Shown: positions 49,150-62,489 of the stretch, in pieces
How the letters are laid out: each line of letters starts with the position of its first letter
Position numbering within the stretch: position 1 is the stretch's first letter
Assembly (NCBI RefSeq): GCF_001194135.2
Contig: NC_069003.1
Span: forward strand, 37,418,265 to 37,482,264
Source: Octopus bimaculoides
Lineage: Eukaryota
Length of the DNA: 64,000 nucleotides
Reading direction: 5' to 3'
Program-made: the position numbers and the translations under genes
Notes under the pieces: generated by a model
The model's input: only the letters and a program-made list of their open reading frames with translations
Told to the model about the DNA's origin: nothing
Databases searched by the model: none

Positions 49150-49370
49150 GTGGAGACATGTGGCTTAGTGGTCAGGGTGTTGGACTCATGATTGTAAGAT
49201 TGTGATTTCAATTCCTGGACTGGACAATGCATTGTGCTCTTGAGCAAGACACTCTTTCACGTTACTCCAGTCCACTCAACTGGCAAAAGTGAGTAATCCT
49301 GCAAGAGACTGGTGTCCCGTCCAGGTGGGGAATATTATACATCATTGAAACTGGGAATGGCTCGAGAAGG
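49150..49370 (+). mobile_element. tRNA-derived SINE (second family)
   Basis: gtggcttagtggtcagggtgttggactc...gatttcaattcctgg (A/B-box-like head), then cttgagcaagacact; a related reverse copy lies near 48950-49080. Confidence 0.6.
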
Positions 49371-50056
49371 AGACATTTTATTTTACATCAACACAAAGGA
49401 CGCCAGAAATGGCTAGGTACAATAACGTAGGGTTCACAGTGAAGTAAAACAACAAATGAAAGTATCATGTTTTGGTAGGAGACTTGTAGATATGTAAGTC
49501 CCAAATCCAGTTTAAACCATAGATCCAACTCAGGACTGGTTCTAGGAACAGTGTAGGTATAAAAAAAGAACACAAATAGAATTTAAAACTTTGGAAGAAT
49601 TTTATTGATGCATTCATAGATTACATCACAGCATTTAATCCACCATCTTCAGGTAAAATTTTAAACACATATAAACAGGTGAGATAATACCTTGATTATG
49701 ACAAGTCCAACCAACGTTTTTAGATAAGTGGTATTTTAAAAAATAATATTTGAATTCATAGAGAAATAAGGAGTGGCTTTGACAAGGATGTGAGCAGCAA
49801 AGAGATCAAATGACTCTATCAATTCAAAATATTTATCTTAAGAAGTTTATAGCCAATCCTGGCTATGAGAACAGACAAAAATCACAGAGATGCTGTAGCC
49901 AAAAGACGTATTTTAGGTCATGAAAGGCAGGAAGATGAAAGTCAATTGAGTGAGATAAAAGAAAGTAAACATCAGGGCAGCAGAAAGTCATAAAACTCAT
50001 TGCCTTTTCATGAAGGTAGATATCCACCCTGACCACCACCACCACCACCACCACAC

Positions 50057-50435
50057 ATGCATACAAAGTTATCAGTGAAAGTAATGTTCATATGTGGAAG
50101 ATGCACAGGGGCCATAAAAACTACAGATACTCAAGAAATTGATTTTCTCAAGTGCTCCAGAGGCTCATTAGAGGTAGTGGATAATTTCTGCTACCTGGGG
50201 GACCAAATTAGTCATGGGGGAGGATGCACAAAGTGTGTAATAGCTTGAATAAGAAAATTGAGAGGGTTTTACCACTGTTGACAACCAAATGCTTCTCTCT
50301 CAGAGTAAAAGGAAGATTGTATGATGCAGGTATGCAAAACAGCAATTCTACATCATATTGAGTTGTGGGCTCTGAATGCAGAGGACAGGTAAAAACTGGA
50401 GAGGAATGAGGCTTGTACGCTTCATTGAATGTGTA
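50057..50435 (+). mobile_element. RTE-X-like LINE fragment
   Basis: CGRCTGAI...LEVVDNFCYLGDQISHGGGC...LPLLTTKCFSLRVKGRLYDA. Confidence 0.8.
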
Positions 50436-50866
50436 AAGAAAGAAACGTGTGTGTAGTGGTTAGCGATCTATATATGTATATGTATGTATGTGTGTATATA
50501 TTTGTGTGTGTGTCTGTGTTTGTTCCCCCACCATCGCTTGACAACCGACGTTGGTGTGTTTACATTCCTGTAACTTAGCTGTTCGCCAAAAGAGAATAAG
50601 AACTAAGCTTACAAAGAATAAGTCGATTTGTTCCACTAAAGGCGATGCTCCAGCATGGCCGCAGTCAAATGACTGAAAGAAGTAAAACAATAATTGCTAC
50701 TATTTAGTGTCATTTTCCCCATCAATCTAAGAATTCACAAGTGTAGATAACTCTTGTCTTACTCCATTCATTATATTTCAGACTTATCTTTCCTGTTTAG
50801 GAAATTTTCTCTCTCTCTCTCTCTGTGCTTGTGTGTATGTGTGTATGTGTGGTGGAGAGAATGTTT

Positions 50867-50899
50867 GTTTTCTAGCAACGAAGTGGACACTATGGCAAC
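50867..50899 (+). promoter_or_regulatory. RFX X-box-like motif pair upstream of the ERICH3 start
   Basis: GTTTTCTAGCAAC (50867-50879) and half-site CTATGGCAAC (ending 50899), about 135-165 bp before the ATG at 51033; CpG cluster gtgcgcacgcgc nearby. Confidence 0.5.
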
Positions 50900-51032
50900 A
50901 GACATGACTAACTTTCTGATGCCACTATAATTCGCGTATATTTATTTATTCAAGCACATAACAGAAACGCATGTGAATTCTGACGTGCGCACGCGCTTAT
51001 ATTCTCCAAGCTTAAACTTTGTCGTTTCAATT

Positions 51033-51052
51033 ATGATTAGTAACCAACGTTT
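51033..51052 (+). CDS. ERICH3: ERICH3-like first coding exon (MISNQRL)
   Basis: ATG ATT AGT AAC CAA CGT TT|GTAAGT: consensus donor in phase 2, matching the phase-2 acceptor at 55479. Confidence 0.65.
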
Positions 51053-51151
51053 GTAAGTAAATGTGTTTTTTTTCACACTTCATAAATTTAAGAGCGTCAT
51101 TTACATGTCTCAGTATATATATATACCACGAACAGACATACCCACACACGC

Positions 51152-51198
<47 letters not shown>

Positions 51199-51199
51199 C

Positions 51200-52030
51200 A
51201 TAGGGGTTGAAAAAAATGGAAACCCCTAGCATCATAATTTTGAAATATCTATAAAACTGTCAAAAGCTTGTTTATTTTTATGTTTTTCTTTTATTTATTG
51301 TTAGTGTTGCTTAATATGATTTGCTAAAATTGCTGTTTCTTTTTAGATATCATCAGCAAAAGGTAATTAAATTTCATTAAAATAACAGATCTATCGGACT
51401 TTCAAAGAGGTCAAATTGTTGGTGCTCGTATGGCAAGCGCTAGCATAACGAAGACAGCCGAAATGTTTGGTGTATCAAGAAGTATTGTCTCGAAAGTAAT
51501 GACAGCCTTTGACAAAGAGGGAAAAACCTCCTTGTCAAAGCAAAACTCTGGAAGGAAACCAAAACTTTCAGATAGAGACCATCGGACTCTTATGCGAATT
51601 GTTAGAAAGGATCACAAAAGTAGAGATCCCAAAATTACTGCAGAGCTTCATGACCACCTCAAGAACCTAGTTTCCACGAAAACTGTTCGCTGGGAGCTGC
51701 ACAAAACCGGATTTCACGGGCTGAAATCAGAAAAACCACTACTTTCAAAAACAGACATTGCAAAGCGTTTAGAGTGGAGTAAAAACCTACAGAATTGGTC
51801 CTTAGAGGATGTGGAAGAATGTTATTTTCTCATCCTTTCCCTTATTTCCGACCACCGGCCAAATATATATATATATATATATATACATATATCGTTTATA
51901 AAATCATCAGTATATTTGTTGAGAGAGGACTTCACCATTTACATCCTAATTCAATGAGCAATGTTCAATTGATTAAAAAACTGAATAGTCATCATTGAAA
52001 CTGGTGGAGATCCATTTACTTGGAAACATT
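51200..52030 (+). mobile_element. Tc1-like transposon, deleted and truncated, in ERICH3 intron 1
   Basis: TA + ggggttgaaaaaaatggaaacc terminus; DLSDFQRGQIVGARMASASITKTAEMFGVSRSIVSKVM...NSGRKPKLSDRD (Tc1 HTH region). Confidence 0.85.
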
Positions 52031-52734
52031 AGGTAACCTCAAACAAAAGTGTAACTGATGTCATTGACTCCAATAATTGTACTGGTTCAACAAGCTTTGA
52101 ATTCTAACAATCTTTATACTAGCAGTTCACTAATTAATGTTGATATTGACGTTTGTGAATTACAGTGTCGATAAAATAACAATGTGTATAACATTAATAA
52201 TGAATATACAGATGTAACCAGCAGAATAATTCAGCTAACACCATTCCATGTTTGTATCTACATTATAAATGTTGTTTAATCAACAATTTAATATGCATTT
52301 GTATATACAATACAAATGCTAGACACATTATCATTTTAATATAACGCTGTTTCATGTGTGTGTCTGTTAATGTTGATAATGAAAACTGCGAATAATATTG
52401 GTTTCAAATGTTGGTACAAGGCCAGCAGTTTTGTGGGAGAGGCCGAATCAATTACTTCAGGGCTCAACTGCTACTTTTCTATTGACCATGAAAGAATGAA
52501 AAGCAAACATCTACTTCAGCAGAATTTGAACTGGGAATGTAAAAACGGACAAAATGCTGCTAATTCTTATGCCCAGTGAACTAACGGTTCTGCCATTTTG
52601 CCACCTTAAAACTGTGAATAATATTGATCAAGAGGACTGAATGGTAATGTTAATAATCTGGTCTAATGTTCGTAGTGATGGTTTGAATGATAATGTTGAC
52701 TGCGTAATCTATGGAAGATAATGAATGATAGAAA

Positions 52735-53690
52735 TGAGTAGAATGATGACGGGGTGGATTGAGTGGGTACTATGAATGACAGAGATGAGTAGAATGATGA
52801 CGGGTGGATTGAGTGGGTACTATGGATGACAGAGATGAGTAGAATGNNNNNNNNNNNNNNNNNNNNNNNNNNNNNNNNNNNNNNNNNNNNNNNNNNNNNN
52901 NNNNNNNNNNNNNNNNNNNNNNNNNNNNNNNNNNNNNNNNNNNNNNNNNNNNNNNNNNNNNNNNNNNNNNNNNNNNNNNNNNNNNNNNNNNNNNNNNNNN
53001 NNNNNNNNNNNNNNNNNNNNNNNNNNNNNNNNNNNNNNNNNNNNNNNNNNNNNNNNNNNNNNNNNNNNNNNNNNNNNNNNNNNNNNNNNNNNNNNNNNNN
53101 NNNNNNNNNNNNNNNNNNNNNNNNNNNNNNNNNNNNNNNNNNNNNNNNNNNNNNNNNNNNNNNNNNNNNNNNNNNNNNNNNNNNNNNNNNNNNNNNNNNN
53201 NNNNNNNNNNNNNNNNNNNNNNNNNNNNNNNNNNNNNNNNNNNNNNNNNNNNNNNNNNNNNNNNNNNNNNNNNNNNNNNNNNNNNNNNNNNNNNNNNNNN
53301 NNNNNNNNNNNNNNNNNNNNNNNNNNNNNNNNNNNNNNNNNNNNNNNNNNNNNNNNNNNNNNNNNNNNNNNNNNNNNNNNNNNNNNNNNNNNNNNNNNNN
53401 NNNNNNNNNNNNNNNNNNNNNNNNNNNNNNNNNNNNNNNNNNNNNNNNNNNNNNNNNNNNNNNNNNNNNNNNNNNNNNNNNNNNNNNNNNNNNNNNNNNN
53501 NNNNNNNNNNNNNNNNNNNNNNNNNNNNNNNNNNNNNNNNNNNNNNNNNNNNNNNNNNNTGACGGGTGGATTGAGTGGGTACTATGAATGACAGAGATGA
53601 GTAGAATGATGACGGGTGGATTGAGTGGGTACTATGGATGACAGAGATGAGTAGAATGATGACGGGTGGATTGTGTGGGTACTATGGATG
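52735..53690. repeat. 50-bp minisatellite spanning gap 52847-53559
   Basis: Unit gatgagtagaatgatgacgggtggattgagtgggtactatggatgacaga; period 50 (53561, 53611, 53661). Confidence 0.9.
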
Positions 53691-54325
53691 AAAGTGATTA
53701 TATTCAGAACTGCTTGATGTTGATGTGATGACTTGTGAATGATATTAAGGTTCATACCTGTGAATCACAATGTTGTTCTTATTATTGCACAGCCCCAAGC
53801 GCACCCTTAACCAAGCAGATCTATATTCAGAGACAATCCAGTCATGACCTTTTCCCACACTTGTCTCTTCTGTTTCAAGATGTTATACGTATTTTGAGGG
53901 AGATTTAACTCTATTGCCCTACGGGTTGTGTAACCCCAAAGAGGTGCCCTCGTGGGCTCCTGAATGATACTTCTGTCTGCAAGGATGCATAAAAATGATG
54001 GTGATTTTCAAGAATCCAGCTTTACAAACCAAAGCAGACAATTGAGCTTGGCACAGTCCTTGGGCTCTTTGATTCTTGTCAAGCCATTCAACCTATTCCA
54101 GTATGGATGATGAATGCTAAATAATGATGATAATGATTATGATGATGATGATAACAGTGACGATGATGATGATGCTGGTATGCACAACTGCATGTTAAGT
54201 GTAGACAGTGACTGATAAATTAGTAATGAAGGCTGAATAGTAATGTTGGACTGTGAGAACTGTGTTGATTTGATAAAACAAGCTGTGACATGTTACAAAT
54301 AAATCTGACAATAGATCAGCCACAA

Positions 54326-55260
54326 TCAATACCAATAATTTTTCCATGTTAATTTTCTTTTCCTTTTTTTATTATTTTTTTCTTGCTTCCATACCTGGAA
54401 CTTCTCTAGTTCTTGTTGAGATACAGTAATAAGAGCAAGGTCATCAGCATAGAGGAGCTTCCAAAGGCAGCCTGTCTGAAATTCCTTTGTTATTGCCTGG
54501 AGGACTATGATAAACAAGAGGGGGCTGAGCACTGATCCTTGGTGAACCCCTACATGTACCCTGAATTCTTTGCTGTGCTCATTGCCTCACTTTACTGGTA
54601 GCATCCCTGTACATAGCTTATACAGTTCTCACCAATCACTCATCTATCCCTAGCTTCCGCATCAACCACCAGATAAGGGATCGGGGGACCCTGTCAAAGG
54701 CTTTCTCCAAGTCAACAAAGGCCAAGTACAGAGGTTTATCCTTGGCTAGGTATTTCTCCTGCAGCTGCCTTACCAGAAATATAGCACCAGTGGTGCTTCT
54801 CCCTGGCACAAAACCAAACTGCATCTCGTCTAAATAACTCTCTCCCTAATTAGTTGGGCTGTGACTCTCTCTGTAACCTTAATTACCTGATCCAACAATT
54901 TGATACCTCTGTAATTATTTCTATCTAAGGCATCACCTTTACCTTTGTAGCAGTTGACTATGGTGCTGCTACACCAGTCATTGAGTATGACTCTTTCATA
55001 TAACACCTGATTTACAACATGGGTGACTAGACCGTAACCTACACCATCAGATATTTTAAGCATCTCAGCAGTGATTCCTGATGGGCTGGGGGCTTTCCCT
55101 GTCTTCATATCCTTAATTGCTTTATCTATCAAGGAGCTGTCAATTTGGGTAGCTGGTCCCTAAATTGGGTCAACATTTGGCAGCCTCTCCTCTTCCCATT
55201 CATTCTCCATGTTCAGCAGTCTTTCATAATGACATTTCCAAGCCTCTTTCTTTGCAGTAT
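54326..55260 (-). mobile_element. RTE-X-like LINE RT core fragment
   Basis: MKTGKAPSPSGITAEMLK, NYRGIKLL, QFGFVPGRSTT, AFVDLEKAFDRVPR, GVHQGSVLSPLLF, LLYADDL. Confidence 0.92.
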
Positions 55261-55478
55261 TCTTTACCGACAGATTATATTTTGATAGTGAGAGTAAATA
55301 TATGTTTATTAAACAAATTGTTCATCATTTACACATACACACACACACAACTTATACTATACGCACAAATGCACACATATATGCAAACACATGTAATGTG
55401 CACTCATGTAGATTATATGTTATATAATGTTGTGTGTGTGTATACAGATGTTTTTGTTATTAATCAAACTCGTTACAG

Positions 55479-55569
55479 AATCAGCGAGTACAACAGTCTC
55501 ACCGACTCCAACCTCACTGCGTATTTTAGCAACAGATATCTTCGGAGGCATTTAAGGAAAATTGGATTG
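55479..55569 (+). CDS. ERICH3: ERICH3-like exon 2
   Basis: ISEYNSLTDSNLTAYFSNRYLRRHLRKIGL resembles vertebrate ERICH3 AAYNSLMDKHLAGYFNNTRIRRHLLRSGL (recalled); ttacAG| ... ttg|GTaagt. Confidence 0.9.
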
Positions 55570-56559
55570 GTAAGTACTTTTAATTGTAATTGCTCCATAA
55601 CATACTGTAGAGATGAAATAGCATATTGCATAACATATGCAAATCTGTTCTTCTATGCTTCACCATTGGTCAAGCATACATGTCACTTAACTACCCTGCT
55701 AGTCATTTGGTAATTCTCCCTACTAATAGGGAAAAAATTAGTCTAAAGTATGGATGGTATCATTCTTTAGTTTATATATACAAGTATAAATGATCTTTGA
55801 CTTCTCCCAAATAAATAAAATCATATGCTGCTTATAGAAATATAGATGTTCTTGCATCTATCTTGCATTTGACTTGGCAGAATCGTTTTATGTCTCAGCT
55901 AAAATCTGTCAATGCATTTTCATTTATACGAAAAGGTAGGCTCACATAAGGTTACAGAATTTATTTAGAAGGGTTTGGATTGAACATCAAGAACCAGCTA
56001 CATATGCTTGGATTGAACATCGAGAACCAGCCACATACACTATTTATATATCATGACAAGTGTTCTATTATGTGTGTTCTGTGTTCTTTCAGATGCTCTT
56101 GCGAAGAGGCCATGTGAACAGAAAGGCTAGGCACTCCTGGCCGGTGAATAGGGCCATGTGACAAGTGAAAAATTGTTAAGAGCCAAAATTATAGTTAACC
56201 TAGTTGACAGTAAGCTTAAGGATATATCTTCATGCATGAATGCATTTACATGGTATATAAGCGTGTGTGTGTGAGGAGGGTATTATTTACATGTGGAAAC
56301 ATTGGGTGGCAAACAAGGTGATCCCATTGAGATGGGATGCTGCACACACACGCACACATATTCAGGCATGGTTGTATGGTTTAGAAGTTTGCTTCCCAAC
56401 CACAGGGTCTTAAGCAAGTGTCTTCAACTAATGCCCTTGGTTGGCCAAAGCCTTGTGAGTGAATTTGGTCACATGTAATCTAAAAGAATCCCATTATATG
56501 TGTGTGTGTATTTACTTATATATACACACTGCTGTGCTTACCTCCCCTCTATTACATAG

Positions 56560-56757
56560 ATCAATAAAAGAGGTGAAATTATTCCTGAGTCAACATATCG
56601 GGCGAACATCAGCCGTGCTGAACAGCAGGAGCAAGTGAAGGAAGCATTAGCTCAAGCCATTGTACATAAATCTGTTGATCTGCAACTGAAGAGAGAAAAT
56701 GAAATCAACCAGAAAGTGGAAGAAATATCTAAGCTGGAACTGGTTCGAAAAATGAGG
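56560..56757 (+). CDS. ERICH3: ERICH3-like exon 3
   Basis: INKRGEIIPESTYRANI...EALAQAIVHKSVDLQ...KLELVRKMR resembles ERICH3 ITRSGRILSEKEYK...ECLAQAIFHKVLDME; phase 0-0, 198 nt. Confidence 0.9.
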
Positions 56758-56984
56758 GTAAGAGTTTCATTTTAAACTTTTTTCTATAGAACCCTTTCTA
56801 TATAATCCTTTCGTATATAATGTATGATATAACACAGTATTATGTAGTGGTTCTTACAACAATATTACACTATACAGTATATCAGGGTTATTTATTGTAC
56901 CTCATTTATGTTTGCTGGTTATTCAAATGGTGTGCGCTGCATCACAATTATATACAATGTCTCACAGTTTTATTTCATGAATCA

Positions 56985-57618
56985 TTTGAAATGTGCTGGC
57001 TGTTACATCAAAATACACTGTATCACAACAATGAGTTGTGGCAAAGGTGCTTGAAAACCAGAAGAACATCTCTGGAAGACAATAAGCGATGTGGAAGACC
57101 TACCATGAGTGTCATGCCCGGAAATGTGGTATTGTGCCTTGAGAATATGTTCTCCAGGACCAGGCCATCAATCGAGAGTTCTACTGTAACATTTTGAAGC
57201 ATTTGAGGGAGGAGGACATTTGGTGAAAGTGACTGGATCTGTGCAGCACAAAGAATTAAATTCTTCACTGAGCTCTCCTCATGAGTTTCTTGCCAAAATC
57301 AACATGGTATCACTTCTGCACCTGCCTGGTTCACCATATTTAGGACTTGTGGACTTCCATCTCTTCCCTAAGATGAAAATGCAGCTCAAAGGTCATCATT
57401 TTAACGACATTGTTGGGATCTAGGGCAATTGAAGAAAGTCCTCAACTTGCTTATGGAAAACGACTTCCAGGCCAGATTCCAAAAGTGGCAGGAACACTGG
57501 GACTGGTGTATCGTTGCACAAGGTAACTATTTCGAAGGAGATGATGTTAAAACTTAGGTAAATAAGTTATTTTTTTATTAAATGTAACTGGTTCAGGAAC
57601 CTTTTGATAATTGCCTCG
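56985..57618 (+). mobile_element. Mariner relic, same family as 22549-23367
   Basis: RTSLEDNKRCGRP, HLPGSPYLGLVDFHLFPKMK; 3' end gaaccttttgata. Confidence 0.8.
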
Positions 57619-57689
57619 TTTGTAGAAATATCACAGAAATATAGTGTCATCGCATCATACAGTGTTTCTAGATTGTTATAGTTTATGAA

Positions 57690-57880
57690 GATATACATTC
57701 CACACCTGCTACGAACAGAACAGGATTGCAGAAGCACAAAGAAAATGTGAACTACACAAGTCCAGGGTCAATTACTTGCCTTCAGTTCCAACAGTCCACT
57801 AGTGTCCGAGCAGCAGCAGAGACTTCTGAGAATGCATTGGAATAATCGACCACAGCCGGACACGCTGTGCCCATGTGATG
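57690..57880 (+). mobile_element. RTE LINE extreme 3' ORF fragment
   Basis: CYEQNRIAEAQRKCELHKSR resembles the RTE/BovB C-terminus. Confidence 0.5.
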
Positions 57881-58301
57881 TCCTTTCTTCATTAACAATG
57901 ATGGATGGATTAATATATTCCAACAGTTACAACAGTCGGAGCTATGATTGAATATCACCTATCCTGATACTGTCACCATATATATCTTGTTAAAAATAAC
58001 AAATTCCCTCAAATTACACCATACTGTCTGAGTAATATGGGCACATAGGCTTAAGTAATTCTGCATCAAAAAAAGAAGACAAGATGGGCATGAATGAAAG
58101 ATTTTGTTTTTTATTTTTATCATACATCTGCTCACTCAGGGCTGATTTGTGACTAAATAACAATGATGACCACAGCTATCATTTTATCCCTACTACTGCT
58201 GTTGCATCCCCATTCTATCCTACCACCTCAACACTACAATAAATTACCAACTTCCCAAATGGCAACATCAAATCAGTATTGCAGTTCTGTTTCATTTTCA
58301 G

Positions 58302-58469
58302 TCAGAGCGCTATACAGCCAGAAGCCACACATTACTCACGTCTGCAACAAGTCGAGAGTCTCTGTCAAGGCGTGCAAGCTCTGTAGCTGGAAGCATGCGA
58401 CACCAGCCTTGGACCAATTCACGACCACGGACTGCATATGAGCAACAAGGCACTCAGAACTCAGACATG
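58302..58469 (+). CDS. ERICH3: ERICH3-like exon 4
   Basis: ttttcAG|tcaga ... gacatg|GTaagt; 168 nt, phase 0-0; contains RPRTA (compare ERICH3 RPYTA). Confidence 0.75.
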
Positions 58470-59750
58470 GTAAGTTTTTAAAGTAGTGTAGCCTTATATG
58501 ATTGTACTGTTATAGCTACGTCTTACCCACATCCACTACTATCACAATTTACTCAACTAACCAATGCAATGAAAAAGCCTCTGGGCTTAGGCTCCTAGAA
58601 ATTACAGCCAAACTGCTGTGTCACTATGGCAATTTTAGATATTGACATGGTCCACTTAAATAAAAAAAAAGAACTGTATCAGAAGTGTGTCACAAGGAAC
58701 TCTATCTCCTTAGCCAAGGGGTTTTTCAAGAGCTGGCAAGATGACAGTGGACATACTGGTTTCCCAATGAAAGTGAATAATGTTGTCTACCGCTCCACAC
58801 ACACTTTTGATAGCAACCCAACTGAGACCACCCCTTCTGGTTCTGTGATACCAACTTGCCGTTTTAAAGTGATCTAAATTTAAATCTTTCATCAAAATTT
58901 CATTTTCATTAATTTTCCAACCTCAACTTTATTATGTTATATAAATAAAGTTATTTCATTAAATTCCACATTTTAAAAATTACAGAAGGCAGTGTATTTC
59001 AAGAGAAATATGGTATCAAAAGGGTTAAAGGTCAAACTGAAAGAGATCAATGCCAGCATGAAAGATATTATCTTGTCTGTTGTGAGAGGCTGAGTATACT
59101 GTAGTGTATGCTAGGTTTTCAGAAGTGAGAGCAAAAGATAAAAGCAGAAAGCAGAGATAGTGAGTTCCATACCTGGTCACAAACTTGCACTGAAATACCC
59201 AAAATGCAAAATAATGGCAGTAACACTGCTCCTTGTTGCCTTTGCAGTGCAGATATGAGTGAATGGTTAATGTAGAGGTGACAAAGAATGATATATGATC
59301 TGGAGGAAGGATAGCATGAATTCGAAAGTCCTTGTAACACCTTTGGTACAGAAACACAAGTTGTAAGACCATTGACATTGGGCACAGAACAGAATTGTTA
59401 CACTTGTGGCAACAAAAACCTATTCAAGGGCCACCCAGAATTTGACTGGTTCACTCTTGTGCTGTTGTTAGGGGCCACTGCAGAATTGTTAGAACAGCTG
59501 ACAAAAAATACATTGTGATATTTCTTTTGACTCAATCCTGCCAAGGCCAACTTTGCTTTTTATACTTTGGGGATTAATAAAGTATAGGTGAAGTTCTAAG
59601 AGCAATACTATCAACTAAAACCTCTCCTCAAAATTGCTGGCCTTGTGCTTAAATTATCCTCCTCCTCATCGTCATCGTCATCACCATCATCACAATCATC
59701 ATCATTAATGTTTTGGCCTTTGTTGTTCTCTATTTATTTATTTATTTCAG

Positions 59751-59855
59751 AGTTTTTCCAGCCTTGATTTGGAAAGCAAATGCTCAACCATTTCAAGGGA
59801 TCATTCAACTTTACAGACCCAAAATTCTTCTACTGAAAGAGATCAGTATTTTCCG
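59751..59855 (+). CDS. ERICH3: ERICH3-like exon 5
   Basis: tttatttcAG|agttt ... tttccg|GTaagg; 105 nt, phase 0-0. Confidence 0.7.
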
Positions 59856-60624
59856 GTAAGGTATTTTATAAGGAAGGTGGGAGTTTTTCAATTTGTCACT
59901 GTTATTACAATGTTGGGAAATCTTTCAAAATCGTATAAGCGATCTTCCATATTGCTGATTTTGTTCAGCCCTGGTTGAGTTGACCACTTCATCTTTAAAT
60001 ATTGTTTATCTCATATCACATTAAACAGTATGTCATTTTTTCCTCTGTAAAGCTAGAAGGATATGATTTGAGATGTGGTTATTGTTTTTAGCAAGTTTAG
60101 GGATCATGTAGAGCTCCCTCATTGACTTGTGGTAGGTGTTTGTTTGATGATGTTTAACTGTCGAAGTTTTTTGTAAATAACCAATCTCCTTTTCCTTTAC
60201 CCAAGATCAGGGTCTTCACTCCGCGAGTGTAGTGGGTGCTTTTTACATGTCACTGGCACGAGGGCCAATCAGGCAGTACTGGCATCAACCATGCTTGAAT
60301 GGTGCATTTTACATGCCACTGGCATGGGAGCCAATCAGGTGGCACTGGCAACGGTCACACTTGAAGGGTGGTTTTTACGTGCCACTGGCACAGGTGCCAG
60401 TCAGGCAGTACTGGCATCAGCCATAACAATGACTTCACTTGACTCAACAGGTCTTCGTCACATTATTATTCACTGGATTCTTGCTTTTCTCTTTTTTTTT
60501 TTTTAGAATGATACAGTTAAATTTGAAAGAGATTTGCCTTATTTTTATAGTTACAATGTCGAGGCTCATGCATTAATTTGTAATAGCAATGATGTTAATG
60601 CTATTGTTGCTGTTGTTGTTTCAG

Positions 60625-60810
60625 TTTTATTTGGATGTGAACAATTTGAGGCAGTATGGCCTAAAACTGGCCCCACTTCATGACACATGGAAAAAACAGC
60701 TGAAGTCACCTTACCTTGCGACTCACCCTTCTACAGGAGACAGGATGAAGCCTATACGGCCAAAGACAACCCCCAAACTAATGTCAAACCATAATGTAAA
60801 CAAGGCAGAG
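60625..60810 (+). CDS. ERICH3: ERICH3-like exon 6
   Basis: gtttcAG|tttta ... gcagag|GTgatt; 186 nt, phase 0-0, contains KSPYL; the donor is weak, so the end is less certain. Confidence 0.7.
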
Positions 60811-61052
60811 GTGATTGTTATTTTGTTTTCCATTTTTTGTTCAAATTTCCTCTTTTTCCAAAGTTTTTCCAATTTAGCACTAACGATTGATGGGAAAGTC
60901 AAAATAATCAGGTCATTATCATTGCCATCATTATCACTGTGATCCTCATTATTTCATTCATCTTCCTCAAGGTCAACCATGTCACAAATGGTATCATCAT
61001 CATCATCATCATCATCAACAAGATTCTTATTGTCAATCTTATTCTGTTGCAG

Positions 61053-61227
61053 AGATATAATGCTGAGGCCAGAATGAGGACCAACTGCAATGTGACCATG
61101 AAGTTTTTGGGTAAACATGTGACAAAATTGCCAGGCTACTCTGTTCGTGAAACTGAAGTTGTTGTGCAGCAACAACACTGTGGTGGCAACACTGTGTGTG
61201 TTTACCATGGCAAACTTTTACCCCAAG
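61053..61227 (+). CDS. ERICH3: ERICH3-like exon 7, DUF4590 N-terminal part
   Basis: CNVTMKFLGK...VVVQQQHCGGNTVCVYHGKLLP matches the DUF4590 signature (ITMIYLGK...VYQQHCGGENLCVYKGKL); phase 0-1. Confidence 0.92.
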
Positions 61228-62489
61228 GTAGAAACCGGACACTTTTTAATCTTCTTTGCTTTTGAGTTTAATTTTATGGCTGTGTTACAAGTTCAAATTC
61301 TGCAAAGTTGACTTTGCTTTTATCCCTTCAGGTTCAATAAAATGAACCACAAAGTAAACCAAATCATAGCCCCCACTTGCAAGCCTTTATGACTTGGTAG
61401 CATTGTTTTCGGTGCCTGTATAGTCATGAGCAGACAGACACCTTCTCAGTGCTTTCACCCTTGATTCAGTGCAACGTCCAGGATGTGACAGCGAGAGACA
61501 GAACTGCATTTGTCATCATCATCATCCACATTTTACATCCATTTTCCATCCTGACACGAGTTGGATGGTGTGACAGGAGGTAGGCAAGGCTGGAGGGCTG
61601 CACCAGGTCCCATAGTCTTGTTTCAGCATGGTTTCTACAGCTGGATGCTCTTCCTAATACCAACCACTTTACAGAGTGAACCGGGTTTAATTATATTAAA
61701 ACTGAAAATAATTATTTTGAATTCTACAAATTAAACAATTGAATAAATTTTAGGAAAAAAAAAAAAAAAGACCTGACAGACATTGACAGAATTTGTTTTT
61801 TAACTTCTTCACTGTTCACTTCCTGTACATATTCTATTTACTGCTCATGCCCTTGTGGCTACTATTTCTGATGTGTTATAGTCCACCTGAACACTGTACA
61901 CAATAAGTTCATTATACAAAACTTTTAACTGGGAAATCTGGAGGTTTCGAACCCACTTGAAAAGTGTTGATATAAATGATTAAGCATCTTTCTCTTTGAT
62001 GTAGGAAAACATCAAGTGATACATTGACAGAATCAGGAGACTGTCAGATAAAATGCCTTGCAGTAGTTTTTGTTTTTTTTCTCTTTACACTGAGCAAAAT
62101 GCTTAGTGGCATTTTGTCCCTCTTTACATTCTCAGTTCAAATTTTTTTGTCAAGGTCGACTTTGCCTTTTATTCTTTTCGGGGTTGATAAAACAAGTACC
62201 AGTTGAGTATTTCACCTGTCGCTACATTCTGAATTCAAATTCCGCCAAGGTCGACTTTGCCTTTTATTCCTTTCAGGGTTGATAAAATAAATTCCAGTTG
62301 AACACTAGAGTCGATGTAAGTGACTCGTCTCTCCACCTCCCCCTAACTGCTTTTGTGGCAAAAATTTGAAATAATAATAATTATTACTTTATCATTACTA
62401 TTATTTATTGTCTTTGCACAGCTTCTAACACTGGAAATGTACTATACTGCCAGCTGTTCACTACTAGTGAACTAAGGTAACACTGCTTA

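Noticed and set aside
49150-49230. tRNA gene (also the tRNA-like heads near 5033 and 63720)
   Set aside because: A/B-box-like heads continue into SINE bodies, and I could not fold a full cloverleaf.
45965-55479. Gene B as an N-terminal extension of ERICH3
   Set aside because: Phase-1 donor versus phase-2 acceptor; ERICH3 has its own ATG exon and promoter-like motifs.
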